Origin: Candidatus Hodarchaeota archaeon
GTDB taxonomy: Archaea > Asgardarchaeota > Lokiarchaeia > Sigyniarchaeales > SOKP01
Direction: 5' to 3'
Length of the DNA: 64,000 nucleotides
Assembly (NCBI GenBank): GCA_048886685.1
Contig: JBHLKM010000013.1
Coordinates: 64,001 to 128,000, forward strand
Part shown: piece after piece, positions 60,925 through 64,000 of the stretch
How the letters are laid out: each line of letters begins with the position of its first letter
Position numbering within the stretch: the stretch's first letter is position 1
The notes under the pieces: generated by a model
Told to the model about the DNA's origin: nothing
Seen by the model: only the letters and a program-made list of their open reading frames with translations
The model's database searches: none
Made by a program: the position numbers and the translations under genes

Positions 60925-62559
60925 GTGAGAAATAACTTGGATAAACAACGAATTCTAAGGGAAGCTCAAAGAATAGCAAAAGAATTCTCTTTTTGGATGG
61001 TTTCTGGAAATATTGCTCATCTGTATGGATATATTTATGAAACTCCAGAGAAAAAATTTGAATTAGAGATAAAATTTGATGAAACATTTCCAAATAATCC
61101 CCCTCAGTTGTTATATCATAGTGAGATTAAGGAATTATTAGGAGAAATTCAATTAGAAAGATATAAAAATTGGACACCAGAATCTAAAGTTGTTGATATC
61201 ATAAATGAGCTTAAGCTTAAAATTCAAGAAGCGATACAAATTCCTAAAACAATATCAGAAGAAGAATTGAGTCCCATAAAGACTAGTGAAAAATCTAATG
61301 ATTTTTTAGAGCCTGAAGAATATATTAATCCAGATCTAAATGCATACCCTCCAGATTATCAAACAGAAGATTATATAATACCTTCAGAATCTAATAACAA
61401 TTTATTGAATGATTTATCGGAAAGTGATGAGGAAAGATCGAATGATGAGCCTTTTTATGATGGGAGTGAGCAATTAAGCTTAGAATTGACAACAGAATTA
61501 GGATTGATTCAACAAGAGTATGCTTATGACCAAGAAGGTTCAAGGGCTTCTCAAATTAATGTCTATATTACAATTACACTCACAAAAACCTTTATTGTCG
61601 CTATTGATTTTACCAATTTTCCTCAGAAGCCAAAAATTTCATTAACTGATGAAGTTATAGATATTATAAAAGACCCAAATACTTCATTAACTACATTGAG
61701 CACCTGGAATTCAAAAAAGCCTCCTCATATTGTAGATGTAATACGTGAGTTGGAAAAGAAACTCTATTTCATTAAAGATATAGAATCTCAATACAAAAAT
61801 ATATCTGGAGAATATCGGTGTACAAAAACTTCAGATAGTTTAACTATTATAAATGTACATCTACTTACATACGGATTTAAGGAATATTCTGTAAAGGTGG
61901 ATTTAGAACCTTATCCTAAACCCCCTACAGTAGAATTACCTATTGAGCTTCAACAAATCATCAATAAACCAATTCAAGAATTAAACGCTTATAAAAATTG
62001 GATAGATAATGATTCTAATGTAGTAGAAATAATAAGAGAGATTTCTTGGCTAGTAGATAAAAATTCTCGAATCAATTTTGAAATTGATCTTCTAAAAGAT
62101 CATTATAAAAACATAAGATTTGAACCCTCAGCGGCAATTTTACATGTTGAGATGGAAGGAAAAATGAAAACTGAAGATCTCACTTTTGAATTTCAAATTA
62201 ATTTACCTCCAGATTACCCTATGAAAATGCCTGAAGTGAAAGTTATAAATGAATTTGAAATAGAAGCTCATGAGAAAATAAAAAATGATTTACATGTCTC
62301 ATTTAATAACTTTTTCAAAGAATGGACCCCTTTTAGTTATCTTGTTGATTTATTTAATTTAATTTCAAAGAAAATTTTCGAAGTTTCAGTAGTATCATGT
62401 GTAATATGTCACAAAATTGAATGCCCAAGTTGTACAAAAAAAATCGCTGGTGAAGATAGTTGTCATATAGAGTGCCCACATTGTAACAGAGCTTACCATC
62501 GTCACTGTTGGGAACAAACAATACAATCATTTGGCAAATGTGGTTTCTGTCTCAGATAA
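60925..62559 (+). CDS. Four E2-like (UEV/RWD) domains plus C-terminal C4HC3 RING-type finger; FANCL-like candidate E3 ligase
   Basis: Four (F/Y)PxxPP-like motifs, each followed by W....(V/I/L)V(D/E)(I/V/L); no HPN/Cys active site; ends CVIC...CPHCNRAYHRHCW...CGFC. Confidence 0.75.
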   Translation: MRNNLDKQRILREAQRIAKEFSFWMVSGNIAHLYGYIYETPEKKFELEIKFDETFPNNPPQLLYHSEIKELLGEIQLERYKNWTPESKVVDIINELKLKIQEAIQIPKTISEEELSPIKTSEKSNDFLEPEEYINPDLNAYPPDYQTEDYIIPSESNNNLLNDLSESDEERSNDEPFYDGSEQLSLELTTELGLIQQEYAYDQEGSRASQINVYITITLTKTFIVAIDFTNFPQKPKISLTDEVIDIIKDPNTSLTTLSTWNSKKPPHIVDVIRELEKKLYFIKDIESQYKNISGEYRCTKTSDSLTIINVHLLTYGFKEYSVKVDLEPYPKPPTVELPIELQQIINKPIQELNAYKNWIDNDSNVVEIIREISWLVDKNSRINFEIDLLKDHYKNIRFEPSAAILHVEMEGKMKTEDLTFEFQINLPPDYPMKMPEVKVINEFEIEAHEKIKNDLHVSFNNFFKEWTPFSYLVDLFNLISKKIFEVSVVSCVICHKIECPSCTKKIAGEDSCHIECPHCNRAYHRHCWEQTIQSFGKCGFCLR

Positions 62560-62716
62560 GAACCTCAAGCCATATTATTACAATAAATTACAAGTCTTTA
62601 ATTCATACCTTTTTATTTCTTCTTAAACTTAACGATTCATACTTAAAAATTTATTGAGTCTTCATTAAATTTTTTAGTTTTAACTTCTTATTATAAACAT
62701 TCACATTTTTAACTAG

Positions 62717-64000
62717 ATGATTTACGTGGAATTATTAGAGAAGAAGCTAAATTTACCTGAATTAGAAGAAAAAATATTGAAATTCTGGGAAGAAAAAAAG
62801 ATCTATTCAATGATAAAAAAAAAAGAAGAAGGAAAAGAGACTTGGAGATTTATTGATGGACCCCCTTATACTACGGGTTCAATTCATTTAGGAACTGCTT
62901 GGAATAAAATTCTCAAAGATTATCTTATAAAATACAAAAGAATGAGAGGATTCAAGGTCACAGACACTCCTGGTTATGACACTCATGGATTACCAATAGA
63001 AGTACAAATGGAAAAGGAGTTGGGAATAGAAAATAAGCAAGAAATCTTAGAATATGGTGTTGACAAGTTTATCCGAAACTGCAAGGAATTTGCTCAAAAG
63101 AATTTAGTAATAATGAATGACCAATTTAAACGTTTAGGATGCTTTTTTTGGGATTGGGATAATCCATATATTACCTTCAAAAATAGTTATATTGAAGGAA
63201 TTTGGTGGACTTTAAAGAAAGCTTGGGAGAATAATTTGCTTTACCAATTTTACAGACCCTTAAATTGTTGTCCTAGATGTGCAACTGCTCTTGCTAAACA
63301 TGAACATGATTATAAAAACATAATCGATGTGAGTTTATTCCTTAAAATAAAATCTGTTGATTTGAAAGATACGTATTTTATCATTTGGACGACAACTCCA
63401 TGGACTCTAGTTGCTAATGAGGCTATAATGGCAAATCCAATTGCAGAATATGCTAGAGTGTATATTGAAGATTTAGATGAATATTGGATATTGTCTAAAG
63501 CTTCGATAGTGCATTTAATTTCAGGAGAATTAGGGTATAAATATAAAATTGTACAAGAATATATTGGTGAAGATTTAGAGGGGATGAGATATATTCATCC
63601 ATTAGTAGAGGAAGTCCCATATCAAAGAGAACTAGAAAAAGAAAGTGAAAAAGTTCATACAATAATCCTTTCTAGTGAGTATGTTTCTGCTTCTGAGGGT
63701 GTTGGGCTAGTCCATTCTGCCCCAGGGCACGGACCTGAAGATTTTGAAGTAGGTGTGGTAAATGATATTCCTGTGTTTAATCCAGTTGATATTAGAGGTA
63801 GATATACGAAAGAAGCAGGTATTTATGAAGGCAAGTTTGTTTTCGATGCTAATGCAGAAATATTAGATCTTTTAAAAAAAAAAGGAACTCTTATATTCAC
63901 TAGTGAAATAGAGCATGAATATGCTCATTGTTGGAGATGTGATTCAAAATTAGTTTATAGAGCCACTAATCAATGGTTTTTTAAAACAGAAAGTCTTGTG
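62717..64000 (+). CDS. ileS: Isoleucine--tRNA ligase (partial, runs off the window; start 62717 or GTG 62726)
   Basis: FIDGPPYTTGSIHLGTAWNKILKD, GYDTHGLPIE, IWTTTPWTL, GLVHSAPGHG, HCWRC. Confidence 0.95.
   Translation, partial: MIYVELLEKKLNLPELEEKILKFWEEKKIYSMIKKKEEGKETWRFIDGPPYTTGSIHLGTAWNKILKDYLIKYKRMRGFKVTDTPGYDTHGLPIEVQMEKELGIENKQEILEYGVDKFIRNCKEFAQKNLVIMNDQFKRLGCFFWDWDNPYITFKNSYIEGIWWTLKKAWENNLLYQFYRPLNCCPRCATALAKHEHDYKNIIDVSLFLKIKSVDLKDTYFIIWTTTPWTLVANEAIMANPIAEYARVYIEDLDEYWILSKASIVHLISGELGYKYKIVQEYIGEDLEGMRYIHPLVEEVPYQRELEKESEKVHTIILSSEYVSASEGVGLVHSAPGHGPEDFEVGVVNDIPVFNPVDIRGRYTKEAGIYEGKFVFDANAEILDLLKKKGTLIFTSEIEHEYAHCWRCDSKLVYRATNQWFFKTESLV

Noticed and set aside
1-64000. CRISPR array, IS/transposase, integrase at the tRNAs, selenoprotein UGA read-through
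   Set aside because: By eye, no spaced direct repeats, no recombinase ORFs or tRNA 3' duplications, and no gene split by an in-frame TGA were found

Overview
AT-rich (roughly 30% GC by eye) archaeal chromosomal segment. The gene set points to an Asgard archaeon, most likely Lokiarchaeia/Promethearchaeota (inference): archaeal IleRS with an HLGT motif, GPN-loop GTPase, TrmB, Lrp, intron-containing tRNAs, Rab-like and longin-fused small GTPases, a roadblock-like protein, and eukaryote-type E1 and E2 enzymes. Main points: (1) a dispersed ubiquitin-like conjugation set, comprising a Uba3/Uba2-type E1 next to a 2122-aa protein with 18 repeats, an E2 with a Ubc7/Cdc34-position loop insertion, and a FANCL-like candidate E3 with four E2-fold domains and a C4HC3 RING; (2) a three-intron tRNA-Tyr and a two-intron tRNA-Trp with relaxed splice motifs; (3) eukaryote-signature fusions (receiver-longin/uDENN, GIFT-steadiness-box-like, longin-GTPase plus roadblock); (4) a surface-glycan locus of about 17 kb with an apparent organophosph(on)ate import, activation and transfer module; (5) probable non-AUG starts and several pseudogenes. 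No CRISPR array, rRNA or transposase was seen. All product calls come from motif recognition by eye, with no database searches.
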